Of a stretch of DNA of 64,000 bases, positions 10,699-21,117 are shown piece by piece. The position numbers and the translations under genes are program-made. The stretch lies in the NCBI GenBank assembly GCA_963817895.1, contig CAWFQB010000007.1:64001-128000 (forward strand), written 5' to 3'. Under the pieces are notes generated by a model. That model was not told the DNA's origin. It ran no database searches and worked only from the letters and a program-made list of their open reading frames with translations. The DNA comes from an uncultured Chthonomonadaceae bacterium. GTDB taxonomy: Bacteria; Armatimonadota; Chthonomonadetes; Chthonomonadales; Chthonomonadaceae. Each line of letters opens with the position of its first letter. Within the stretch, counting starts at the first letter, position 1.

Positions 10699-12318
10699 TC
10701 ATACATCCTGTAGTTGCGCGACAAAGTAACGGGGGTTGAGCGACTCGCCTGTCGCATGTTCCAGCCAGCCTTCCCAGGCCCGGATCGCGCCCGGTTTGAA
10801 GAGTTGTTCCTGCATGTACGCGCCCACTTTCGGACTGGAAATTAGGCTCGCCTTCGCGGCTCCGGCCAGCACGACAGTCTGGATATGATGCAGCAACTGT
10901 GACGCCAGCATTTCGCCCAACAGATAGTTGTGGTAGTACACGGGCGACGATGCGAGATGGATTTTGCTGGCCCACATTCCTGGACTGCGGGCGTCAATGG
11001 GACAAACGAGGTTCTGGTACGTTTCCACCAGTCGTCCACCATAAATCATCTAAATCCTGTTCCGGGTCGCGGTACAGTTCGCGCTCAAAATGCGCCATGA
11101 CAAAGCACCAGCGCATGAAAACAAGCAGATGATCTCGCATTTCGCGCCGCGCCCCGGCTGCGATGCGATTGGCTTCTCCGGCCTCCACGCCCGCGTAGCG
11201 ATGCAGCCAATCCGCGTTTTTGGTCAGCCGTCCCATGAACAGGGCAATGGACTTCCGTTGTCATAATGTGGGCGGGTTCGCGCAGTAAAAACGGCAAATC
11301 GGCATCCGTGAACTTGTCGTAAACGGCATGTCCGAACTCGTGCAGCATGGTTCCCATCCACCGCTCGTTGGCGCGGCAGTTGCACAACACGCGCACATCG
11401 CCCGCGTGGTCAACATCCATGCAAAAAGCGTGCTGGCATTTGCCCTCGCGCTCATACAAGTCCGCGATTTGCAGCAGGTCATTCACGGGCAGGCCGATGG
11501 CCGCGTAAAAATTCGCCGTGAGCGCTTCGAGATTTTTGTCTTTGAAAAAGCGGTCGAGATCGGCCTCGCCCGGTCCCGGGTCCTGAAAAAAGGGGTTGGC
11601 GTAGTGCCAGGGGCGCAGTTCATCGGGCGCAATGTGGAATCGAGCGGCAAGTTCCGCATCCAGTTCCGCTTTATATTCCTGCCAGATCGGGTCAGATTGC
11701 GTTTTCAGGTCGTCGAGAAGCGCGAACAAACGCGCCTCGTCCACCTCCTGCAATTGCATGCTCATGGCGTAGTAGTTGGAAAACCCCAGGCGATGCGCTT
11801 CCCGGTTGCGCAGCCGCGCCAACTGGCGCACTTTATCGGCAACTTCACCCCCGACCGTTTTGCTTGCAAGCCAGGTCTTCGCGGCGCAAAGCGCTGTCAT
11901 GGGAACGGATCAGAATATCGTCAATGGCATTATCGCTGACGGGTTCGCCATCGACGACGGCGCGGTGCGTATTGAACTGCTCCTCGATGTCCACTTCCAG
12001 CCCGATCATCTCCTCAATCACCTGCTCCTCCATCTGACACCCAAGATAGCTGTTGAGCAGGAGGGCGTGTTGGCGGGCCAGCAGCGGGTTTTGCAAATCT
12101 GCAGGCGACAGGGCTTTGAGGAAAGCGTACTCGTGCGGATTGGCGTACACTTTGGCAACCTGCGCGCTCAATTGCGCGGAACGCTCTTTGGCGGCCTCGC
12201 TGCTCGTGGTTTGCAGTTCCCATGCGGCCAGATTGGCGTCGCGGAGCAGGGGCGCGACAACGGCCAGATGCCGGTCAATAAACGCCTGCATCTGCGCGTC
12301 GCCTGTGGATACAATCAT
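10699..12318 (-). CDS. M3/M2-like gluzincin metallopeptidase, several frameshifts
   Basis: LHEFGHAVY zinc motif, GKCQHAFC, HFERELY, WASKIH, PVYYHNYLLGE; four overlapping ORFs. Confidence 0.88.
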
Positions 12319-12605
12319 GTTGAAATTTCCTTCATATTTGCTTTCAAATTTATTGACAAATAATCGTTGATTCATTGTACCCCCGCGCCCGTTAAAAGGC
12401 GCAGACTTTGCATAACACCCTCACAGATAAATTCAAGACCATTCCATAAGCCTGTACAGGATGTTGCTTCTGATTTAGAAAGTCTTTGCTTATGTTTTCA
12501 GGCGGCATGGGTGAAGATAACGGGCGTTTCAGCCAAAAATGTAGTCGCAACTCGCAAAGCAGAAAGAACGCTCTCCTCCAGATGTGTTCCCGGCTGCGCG
12601 GCATC

Positions 12606-12645
12606 CGGCGTTCGGACAGGAAGCCCATCTCCTGTCCGAACGCCG
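12606..12645. repeat. Intergenic 16-bp-stem hairpin
   Basis: CGGCGTTCGGACAGGA / TCCTGTCCGAACGCCG. Confidence 0.6.
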
Positions 12646-12736
12646 TTTAGCATCTAACCCTCACTTCCATTACATTTTCGATATAAGGTACACTCCGTGA
12701 AGTGGAAGGTTTCTACCCTCATTTTGCAAAAGAGGT

Positions 12737-13546
12737 TTGCTCGTGCAGCGTCTGCTTGACCAACTCAATAGCCGCGATAAGAACCTGCGCGCTGAAGCCC
12801 TGCGCGAGGCGCGAACACTCACGCCTGAGGAACTGCTGCAACTGGTTGTGCTGGCAGATAACGTTCGCCATACGCGCCGCAAGCGCAGCGACCTTGTCTA
12901 CTATACTGTCATGGGCTTATACTTGCTGATAGGACTTATGCTTCCGGTTCCCGGTGACAAATGGGTGGGCCGATTTTCGCTTGCAGGCGTCATGTTTTCA
13001 GGGACATTCAAAACTTGGTACGTCAAAAAGTATTCCAGCGCGGTTATCAACATAACCACTCTGCTTTTGGAAACGGACGATGTAAGGTTTGCCGCGCCGA
13101 TGTTGCGGCTGAATCACGAACACGCGAATGAGTCCCTGCGTACCGCGCTGAAAAACCTGTTGCCGCAGGTACGCGCCGACCACGCAGCCCAATGGAGCAA
13201 AGAGGATAAAGCCGCGCTCTTACTGCCCTTGAAAAACCCTGAACAGAATTGTGAACTGACGCTTACCTGCCTGAACGCTCTGCAACAAATTGGCGACTCA
13301 TCCGCTATTCCTGCTGTTCGGCGACTAATAGAGAAACGTTCCCTGTTGGGTCACAGGAAAAAATTGCCCTTGCCGCGCAGGAATGTTTGTTGTATCTGGA
13401 AAGCGTGACGGGTATACAACAACAGGCTCAAACACTGCTGCGCGGCAGCGCGCCTGTCACAAACCACCCCGAAATTCTCCTGCGCCCCGCCTCCTCAACT
13501 CCCGATAATTCCACTGGCGAACAACTGCTTGCGTCCGGTTGAATAG
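12737..13546 (+). CDS. Membrane-anchored HEAT-repeat protein with C-terminal LLR repeats (frameshift near 13365)
   Basis: Two TM helices, ALQQIGDSSAIPAVRRL; alternate frame from 13381 reads ECLLYL..QTLLRGS..EILLRPAS..EQLL. Confidence 0.7.
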
Positions 13547-16371
13547 CCCATTCTTACTGTTCACCAAATCTTTCAAATCACCATTCTCCCCTCTCCCAGG
13601 CTTTTTTGTGAGAGGGGCGGGGGTGAGGGCACGGGGTTCCACATGCGCTTTCTCTTTGCCGATTTTCTTCCTGTTTGTTTCCCTCAATTTTGTGGCTCTT
13701 GCCGCCAATGCGCAGGAAAAGCCACTCCCGCCGCCCGGTCCGCAAATTCAGCAGATCGGGCCGCACAATACCATTATCGTTGAAGCGGTCGGCGTTCCGG
13801 GGCATTATATCGGTTTTGATGTTCGCGCGGATGGCAAACTTGTCGCGCCGGTTCGTTTCACGTCCCGCGAACTGATTTTCAGCCCGGATGCGGTGACGGC
13901 TACAAAGGGGGCGGTTTCTACCCTCACTTTTAACGATTTGCAGGCCGCGCCCGATTGCGGCATTGCTCTGCGGCAAAGCCGAATTGTGGTGTCGCTAGCT
14001 TCGCAGCAGTTCCCCACTGTCGCGTTCGACCTGCATCTCGCCACCTTTTCACCCCGCGAATGGCAGAACACCATCGGCTTGCAGCCGTTCCACTTTTTGA
14101 CGATTGGTCTGCCGGAAGCGACCGTCTGGCATCAGCGGGGCTGGCTTCATGCCACGCCCCGCGCCGATATGTTCCCGCTCCTGCTCGACGTTCACGCCAA
14201 TACGCCCGAACTCTCCGCTTTTGCCTACAATCGCGAATGGAGTCTGACGCCGCCGCTTTCCGCCCATGCCCTGCCCGTTATCGGGCTGTGGTCGCCCGCC
14301 CGCCGATTGTACGCGGGCTGGGATTTTCAGGCCGCCCGTTTGAGCGACAATTCCGAGCGCGACATCGCCACGGGATACTGCAATCGCCTGATTGTGCCGA
14401 TTGATCTGCGCGTCCGGCAGCCGATTGAGGAGACGCAGCCGCCTGCCGCGCCCCTGCCGGACGACGACGCGCCCCGCAGCCACAACGGGCTGCCCCCGCC
14501 CCGGCGCGATCCGCGCGTCCGCCGCCCGCTCTCCTATGATCAGCAGGCAAGCCGCGAACTGGACAATCGGGGCGTGGGCAAATTCGTCGCGCTCGTGTAC
14601 CCGCAGGGCGGCAAAGATTATCAGCAGCTTGTCTATCCGTCGGCAAACGCGCATATCGCTTCCCGCGCCACGCTGATGTTCCATACCGATATGGGCGAAG
14701 AGGACTACCCCGAATCAGTTTCTATGGCAGGAGTGGTGGCATACGCCCGCCATTCGCAGCGCGTCTGGCGCGCGTTCCCGCCATCATCAACCTGAATGCC
14801 CTCCCTCTGAATGGCAAGCCATCCGCCGCGCAAGTCGCGCCTGCGCCCGCCCTCCCCTCTGCTATCCGGCAAACCGATGCGGAAGACCGGTTTCATATCC
14901 CCGGTTCGCTGCTGCTTTCCGACGAGCCCACACAACGAAAGCGTCGTGGAAGCCGCCCTTCACAGCAACAGACGCGGCGCGGCTGGAAAAACTGCAAGCG
15001 GACGCGCAAATCCTGCTCCGCTATGTCAAGCGATTTACCGTCAACAGGGAACCCTGCGCGTACTGGGAACAGCCGCTTGCGGGCGAATGGGCAGGGGAAT
15101 GGGGCGGAGAACCCGCCACCACGCTGCACAACGCGCAGGGCTGGGCGGCGGGGCGGATGCTGCTGGACTTGTACCGGTTTGGGAAAGAAGAGGAGAAAAG
15201 GAGAAAAGGAGAAAAGGAGAAGAGGAGCGAAAAAGACTACATTGAGGGTTCCTCAATGCCTGTGCCTGACCAGAAATCGCAAAAAGATTCCCACTCTCCT
15301 TTTCTCCTTTTCTCCTTTTCTCCTTTTCTCCCCGTAATTGACGGCGTGTTCAACTGGAGTCGGCGCGTTGTCTGGACGCGGGGACTGTTTGCCGATTCGC
15401 CCGCGTCCGCTTCGGCGGGGGATAGCGCGTCCGCCATCGCGTTTCTGCTGGACTACTATTTTACGTTCAAAGACGATTTTCTGGACGGGGAGCATCGGAC
15501 GCGGGCGTTGCAGGCATTGGAATTGGCGCGCGCGTTCGCGTACCGTTCGCTGACGATGTGGACGGGACAGGGCAATAAAGAGGACAAACAAAACAGCCCG
15601 TTTTTGTGGGAAGCGGGCGCGGGGCGCGACAGAATGGGCGAGGTCAGCGCCCGCGAGATCGAGGGCAGTCTGGACGCGCTGGCGCAGGTGGCTGTACATA
15701 CCGGCGATCCCATCCTGATGTGGGCGCTGCAAGGCAGTTTGTCGCGCCCGATTACGCCACGTTCAAGCGAATTCTCCGCTCGCCTGACAGATATGGAAGG
15801 AAATTACAAGCAGGAAGGATTGGTACGGACGCGGGAAACAGCGCGGCAGGAGGCAGGTTCACGCGCGGCTACAGAAAACGGCGCGTTTCCGAGCCTGATT
15901 GCGCCGCTGCAAGATACTGATGCGCGTATCGTGTGCGGCGAAAAAGCCGCGCTCGTCTTCAATCGAAATTCGTCTGCTATTACGCTTCGCAACTATCGCT
16001 GCGCGCGTCCGGGGGAATTCGCGTTTACGCTGCGCATTCAGGGCGCGTCGCCCTTTTCCGCCGCAACATTGCCCCCTGTCAGCGTGACAATCACGTTCCC
16101 CTGCGTGGACTTGAGCCGACAAAACGTTGCGGTTCGGCATGGCAGCATCACGCGGCAAACGCTTATGGAGGGGGCAAATCTCACGCGCGCGCCTGATGCC
16201 TGCTGGTCTCTTCTTGTACGCGGACTACGCGAGGGGGATACAGTGGTCGTCGGCAAGCCGGATTTACGCGCCACCAGCCCCTTGCCTACCGCTCCGCCCC
16301 TGACAGAATTTTCGCCAACACGCCCGCAACCAAATGCTGTTTCGCGCGTCCAACAGAACAGAGGGGAGTAA
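13539..16371 (+). CDS. Large secreted hypothetical protein, frameshifted at about 14.7-15.1 kb
   Basis: Signal-like FVALAANA; long ORFs 13539-14795 and 15157-16371 with coding-like sequence between. Confidence 0.6.
13588..13630 (+). repeat. REP-like palindrome CCCCTCTCCC..GAGAGGGG..GGGTGAGGGC
   Basis: 40/43 identical to 62348-62390; degenerate reversed copy near 10624-10683. Confidence 0.85.
15187..15333. repeat. Inverted pair of 8-mer repeats inside a CDS
   Basis: (AGGAGAAA)n at 15191-15227 and (CTCCTTTT)n at 15296-15331, translated EEEKRRKGEKEKR...SPFLLFSFSPF. Confidence 0.85.
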
Positions 16372-16860
16372 CTCGCTGTAGCGCGCCTTTATATTGGCGG
16401 ACAGCAGACACAATATTGCTGTCAAATATATTTTGAATTGTTTATGTTGGCTGAACCGAACTTTCTGTGCGCCCCGTTTCGTCATTAACAGCAACCGCCC
16501 AGGGATGCCCGTTCGTTTAGCGGACGGCCTGCAATCGCTGCCATTCGATTATTGTCACCGACATCAATAGTCCGCCTGCGCGTTTCTTCCCCGGCCCGTT
16601 TTCCCGATTGCTTTGCAGCGCCGCTTTTACGGTGGCGCGATTTCGACGCGCAGCCTGTTTCACACCGTTGCAAGAACCCCTTGCGACTATTCTCTCGCAT
16701 CACACCAATTGCATTAAACCCATCGCAGTAAACAAAGCCGCGCCGCCACGTTTTGCATCTGAGATTGTTTGCGCCTTGCAGCGCCATTCGCCAGGAGGTT
16801 GACAGTTGAAAATCCAATTCCCGGACGCGGCTATAAGAACGACAGAAGGACGGTACTACC

Positions 16861-17578
16861 GTGCGAAAATGGAGCCGAGAGTCCATTGGACTGGAAATTC
16901 GCCACATGTTTGAATTCCGGCGAAGATTTGAATTATGCCCACATCGCTCACGAGCAGGTCGCGCTTCTCCGCGCCGCTACCCGCTATTTCGGGTCGTGGC
17001 GCAGCGCGGTGGAGTTCGCCGGACTGAACTATGACGACATTCGGCGTTATAAAACGTGGAATCGCGCCCGAATTCTGGAACGCATCCGCGAACTGCACGA
17101 CAAGGGCGAAGACCTGAGTTGGCGGCATGTCAGCACCAACGTAGACCCGCAACTTGCCGCCGCCGCCACCAAGCGCAAGCATTTCGGATCGTGGCGCGGC
17201 GCGGTATCCGCTGCCGGACTGGATTACGGCCAGATTCGCCGGTATCGCGAATGGGATGAGGCCACCATCAAGGCCAAACTGCTTGAACTGCACGAGCAGG
17301 GTATTGATCTTAATGCCAAGCATATAGAAGAGTACGACATTACGCTGATTACCGCCGCGCGCCGCCGCTTCGACAGTTGGGACAAGGCGCTGACCGCGGC
17401 GGGGCTGGACTACAAGCAGATCGTGCTGCGCGCGCCCTTCAAGCGCCGCCGCGTCCCCGGACAGGCCGCTAATCCACGCGCACCCCACCGAGAAACAGAA
17501 ATCGAAGCGGATACAGACGTATCCGCGCGCAAGCCCGCCACAGATCAGGCCGAACTCTCCGGTCAACCAAAACGCTGA
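16861..17578 (+). CDS. Protein with three homing-endonuclease-associated-like repeats (frameshift near 16915)
   Basis: GTG 16861 after GAAGGA; three ~63-aa repeats W..I....G.DL....AA...F[GD]SW..A...AGL[ND]Y. Confidence 0.75.
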
Positions 17579-17601
17579 TAGACAGCAGGGTACAACACAA
17601 T

Positions 17602-17631
17602 CGCCCGAACTTCCAGTTGGAAGTTCGGGCG
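17602..17631. terminator. Bidirectional terminator hairpin
   Basis: CGCCCGAACTTCCA / TGGAAGTTCGGGCG between convergent genes. Confidence 0.75.
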
Positions 17632-17646
17632 GTTGCTTTATGAGAA

Positions 17647-17728
17647 AAGATACGAGATACGAGATACAAGATATGAGGATATGTCAGAACCTCGCGCCTG
17701 ATGGCTTGTATCTCGTATCTCGTATCTT
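17647..17728. repeat. Inverted pair of AGATACG 7-mer repeats
   Basis: Perfect 24-bp inverted repeat, 17647-17670 / 17705-17728. Confidence 0.85.
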
Positions 17729-17745
17729 CCTTACTTGTATCTTCC

Positions 17746-19101
17746 TTAGAAGCTTCGCAGCAGCAAGCCGGTATAAAGCACACTGCTGAAAGCGCTGGCG
17801 TAGTCGAAGATGTCGCGTCCACGCGGCTGTGTTCCCGTCGGAATCGTGATGGTATCGCCGGCCAGCAGTTCAATATCCTGCGCCTTGCCTTTGGCGATGT
17901 CGCGATAGCTGAACGGAATGATCTGCGAGTGCTTGGCGTCGTTGTCCGGGTGGCGGAAAATGATGCCATTGGTTTCTTTGGCGAACGGCGCGACGCCGCC
18001 CGCTTCGCCGATGGCCTGCGTCAGCGTGGTGCGCTTGTCGTAGACCTGCTTGCCCGGCTTGACAAAACCGCCGTTGATGTTGATGTAGGAGTTGTTTTCC
18101 AGCTTCTCGACGTAAACGGTGTCATCGGGCTTGAGCGTGATGTTGTTCACGACATCGCCCTGCTCGGCTTTGTCCAGATCAACAATCAGCGGGCGGTCTT
18201 CGCCCACGCGGCGAATGATGACCTGCTTGCGATTGGCGGCTATGCGGGTTCCGCCCACAAGGTTGACGGCTTCCCGCACGGTCAGGGTCTGGCCTGTCGG
18301 CAGGGGAATGTCGCGCTGCGTTTTTTCCACTTCGCCGAAGACGGAAATCGTGCCTTTGCTCGGCAGGGTCTTGAAGGCGACGATGATGCGGTCTTTGTCC
18401 TTCAAAACGGGGTTCTGGCTTTCGTCGGGCATTTCGCCCGCAGCCGGACGATAGAACTTTTCGTAGTTGAACGTCAGGGGCGTGACTTTATCTTCGTTCC
18501 CTACCTTGACATGGCGCAGGATGCTGACGCGCGACAGGTCGGAGTTTTCCGTCGGATCGACGCGGGAAAGCACGTCAATCAGGGTCACTTCGCTGCCGAT
18601 GACGAGCGGGCCGGGAGTTGCGCACTGCGCCGCCGATAAAGATAACCGGGCGCGGCACGCCCACAATCGTAACCGTGACCTGCGGGTTCTTGACGTAAAC
18701 TTTCAGGTAATCGGCAATCGCGGTCGCGGTCTGCGCCGGAGTTTTGCCGATAACTTTGATGGGCTGCATGATACCGGCGTATTTGACGTTGATGTTGCCG
18801 TTGCCGTCTACGGCATACGAGCCGCTCGGATCGGGTTCGCCTACAACGCTGACGCTGATCACGTAATTCGCTTTGATCGGCTGCGTCTGGCTGATGGCCT
18901 CTTCCCCAACGGAAGCCGGCCGACTTGTCGGCAACTTTGTCCACCTTCTCCAATTTGGTAATCGGGTCGGACTTATCTCCGGCGTCCACGGTTTGGGCGC
19001 GGGCCTGCCATCCTGCGCCCGCCAGCAGCAAGCCGGCACTGCAAGCCAGAATATGCGGAGCGCAGAACTCTGCGCGAATAAGACACTGAGGAACACTTCA
19101 C
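17746..19101 (-). CDS. Polysaccharide export / SLBB-domain protein (Wza-like), frameshifted
   Basis: YAVDGNGNIN..YVKNPQVTV, VFGEV, INGGFVKPG, TLTQAIGEAGG; RBS AAAGGAG before GTG 19101. Confidence 0.85.
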
Positions 19102-19277
19102 GGGCAAACTCCTTTCAAACAACGTACAAGAACCGGAACGGTTTTTGGGTTCGCATGGGGTAGTATAGAAAAAGCGTTTCGGGAATGGGAGCGCAGTCCT
19201 TTATACGTAGGCAGAATGGCTTCGTGTCACTGCCTGCGCGGAAATAGTCCATCTTATTTTATGGGAGTAACCCCGAA

Positions 19278-19922
19278 ATGAAACCTGCCGCCCTGAAAAT
19301 GCTCTGGGTCAACTGTGTCGAGCGCCTCAAAGACCGGATCAACAACCGCTCTTTCTGGGAAGCGCTGGAATCCACGCACGCCATCACTGTAGAAGGCGAT
19401 GTCCTGATTATCGGCTTAGAGCCGCAAAACTTCAATCGGGCCTCGCACTTGCAGCAAGTGACCAACATGCACGCGATTACAGAAGTTGTGAGCGAACTAT
19501 TCAATCAGCCTTTGCAGGTGCGTCTCATTGAGGGCGCGACGCTGCAGGACTGGGAAGCCACCAAAGAAAGCGACATTCGCATTGCGGCTATGAAGCAGGC
19601 GTCCACCACGCGCCACGTCCAGGAAGACCGGCAACTGACGGGCTGGGACAGCGTCTACGAGATCATGTCCCGATTATACGCGCAAGCGCCCAACCGTTCG
19701 CTGCCGCAGGGCAAAGCGCGTTTCGCGTCAGACGCGCTGTACACGCTGGTCGAAGCGATGGACACGCTGTATCCCGACGAACCGGATGATGTCACGGAGC
19801 GCAGTCTGGCGCGAACGCTGGAACGCATTGCCAACTCTTCGGAAATTCCGGCTTCAGTTCTGGCGTTTGAACTGGAACGCCTGCGCGCGTGGCGCAAAGG
19901 CGGACAGGAAGCGACGGAGTAA
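19278..19922 (+). CDS. Hypothetical protein with DnaA-domain-I/DciA-like N-terminus
   Basis: 214-aa intact ORF; LWVNCVERLKDRI...VEGDVLIIG...PLQVRLIEG pattern. Confidence 0.7.
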   Translation: MKPAALKMLWVNCVERLKDRINNRSFWEALESTHAITVEGDVLIIGLEPQNFNRASHLQQVTNMHAITEVVSELFNQPLQVRLIEGATLQDWEATKESDIRIAAMKQASTTRHVQEDRQLTGWDSVYEIMSRLYAQAPNRSLPQGKARFASDALYTLVEAMDTLYPDEPDDVTERSLARTLERIANSSEIPASVLAFELERLRAWRKGGQEATE

Positions 19923-20118
19923 ACCTGCTTAAAACACGTTTACTATACCACCATACAATGATGATTGCAAGAATTCATGCCAAACTGCGCGTAAACAGCG
20001 TCAAGTGTGAAAATTTTTTGTTTTGCGCGATTATGGGAACATTCTCCTGTTTGCTTCCCGTCTTTCGCGCATAGCGCAGAGGTCGAGACATGACCTGCGC
20101 GCGAGGAGAAACAAAATA

Positions 20119-20662
20119 ATGGCACAGCATAACGCATCCGTGACGGTGAACGCGCCTTTGCATCAGGTGTATCAACTGTTCTCGCATTTTAACGACTTTC
20201 CGAAGTTCATGTCCTACATCAAGGAAGTGACGTACTACGACAACGAGCGCAGCCACTGGGTTGCCGATGTGGTCGGGCATCACGAGTGGGACGCGATCAA
20301 CGAAAACTGGATACCGGACAAACAGATCGGCTGGCGTTCCACCGATGGCCTTGAAAACAGCGGCGTGGTTCGCTTCACATCTGCAAGTGACACGGCTACC
20401 AAAGTGGAAGTCACCATCAATTACAATCCGCCTGCGGGCGTGTTAGGTGACGTGGGCGAGAAACTGGGCGTGGGCAAGAAGTTCGAGCAGACCATGCAGC
20501 AGCGATCTGGACAATTTCGCGGAGATGGTGGCGCAGGCTCCACGCGGCGCGCTCGATCCCGAATCCTCCAGCTACCTGTTCCACGAGGAGAGCGCGGCGG
20601 CGAAGGGACAAACCACCGAAGCGCAAAACGCTACAATGGACACGGCGGCAACCCTTCGTTAA
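20119..20662 (+). CDS. SRPBCC (polyketide cyclase/dehydrase-like) protein, frameshift near 20500
   Basis: SVTVNAPLHQVY, FPKFM, RSHW, IGWRSTDG, YNPPAG; RBS GAGGAG. Confidence 0.9.
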
Positions 20663-20698
20663 TTTGCTTCAATCGCAATTGGGCGACAGAACTGTGAA

Positions 20699-20734
20699 CC
20701 CTCACTGCTGATATATTCGTATCAGCAGTGAGGG
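20699..20734 (+). terminator. Terminator hairpin
   Basis: CCCTCACTGCTGATA / TATCAGCAGTGAGGG followed by a T-rich tract. Confidence 0.75.
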
Positions 20735-21073
20735 CTTATTTGTGTGCTCAGGGTTGGTAAATCTATCACTTGCCGAACCATTGGGAGGCCGGATGAGGCA
20801 AACGCGAAGTCCTGAGAGCGCCTTGAAACGAGAAAAGCAAGAGCAATATGTAGAGGCATCGTCGAAATAATGGCAATGCAGCGCTTCCAGCACTCCGCCT
20901 CGATAGTGTATACAATTGTACAAAGGAGACAGTCATGGCCTCCGCTATGTTCAGGGCGCTCGGATGGGAGCCGGCATCTTTTTGCACCTCCTTCCCTTGT
21001 TCGTGGGGACGGTATTAGGTTTTTGGCAAGCAGGGTATATTAACACTGGTCGGCGTTTTTAGAAGTATCGCAG

Positions 21074-21117
21074 CGCCGTTTTCGCGAAAATAGTTCGCCG
21101 TTTTCGCGAAAATAGTT
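21074..21117. repeat. Exact 22-bp tandem duplication containing the palindrome TTTTCGCGAAAA
   Basis: CGCCGTTTTCGCGAAAATAGTT twice. Confidence 0.85.

Noticed and set aside
12349..12364. TTATT-GACA-AATAA palindrome upstream of the peptidase as an operator
   Set aside because: Short AT-rich match, no second copy and no assignable regulator
20740..20990. tRNA/att site or integrase remnant at the island edge
   Set aside because: No cloverleaf, no matching direct repeat at the other side, no recognisable protein motif
21074..21117. Possible CRISPR repeat
   Set aside because: Only two directly abutting copies, no spacers, no cas genes
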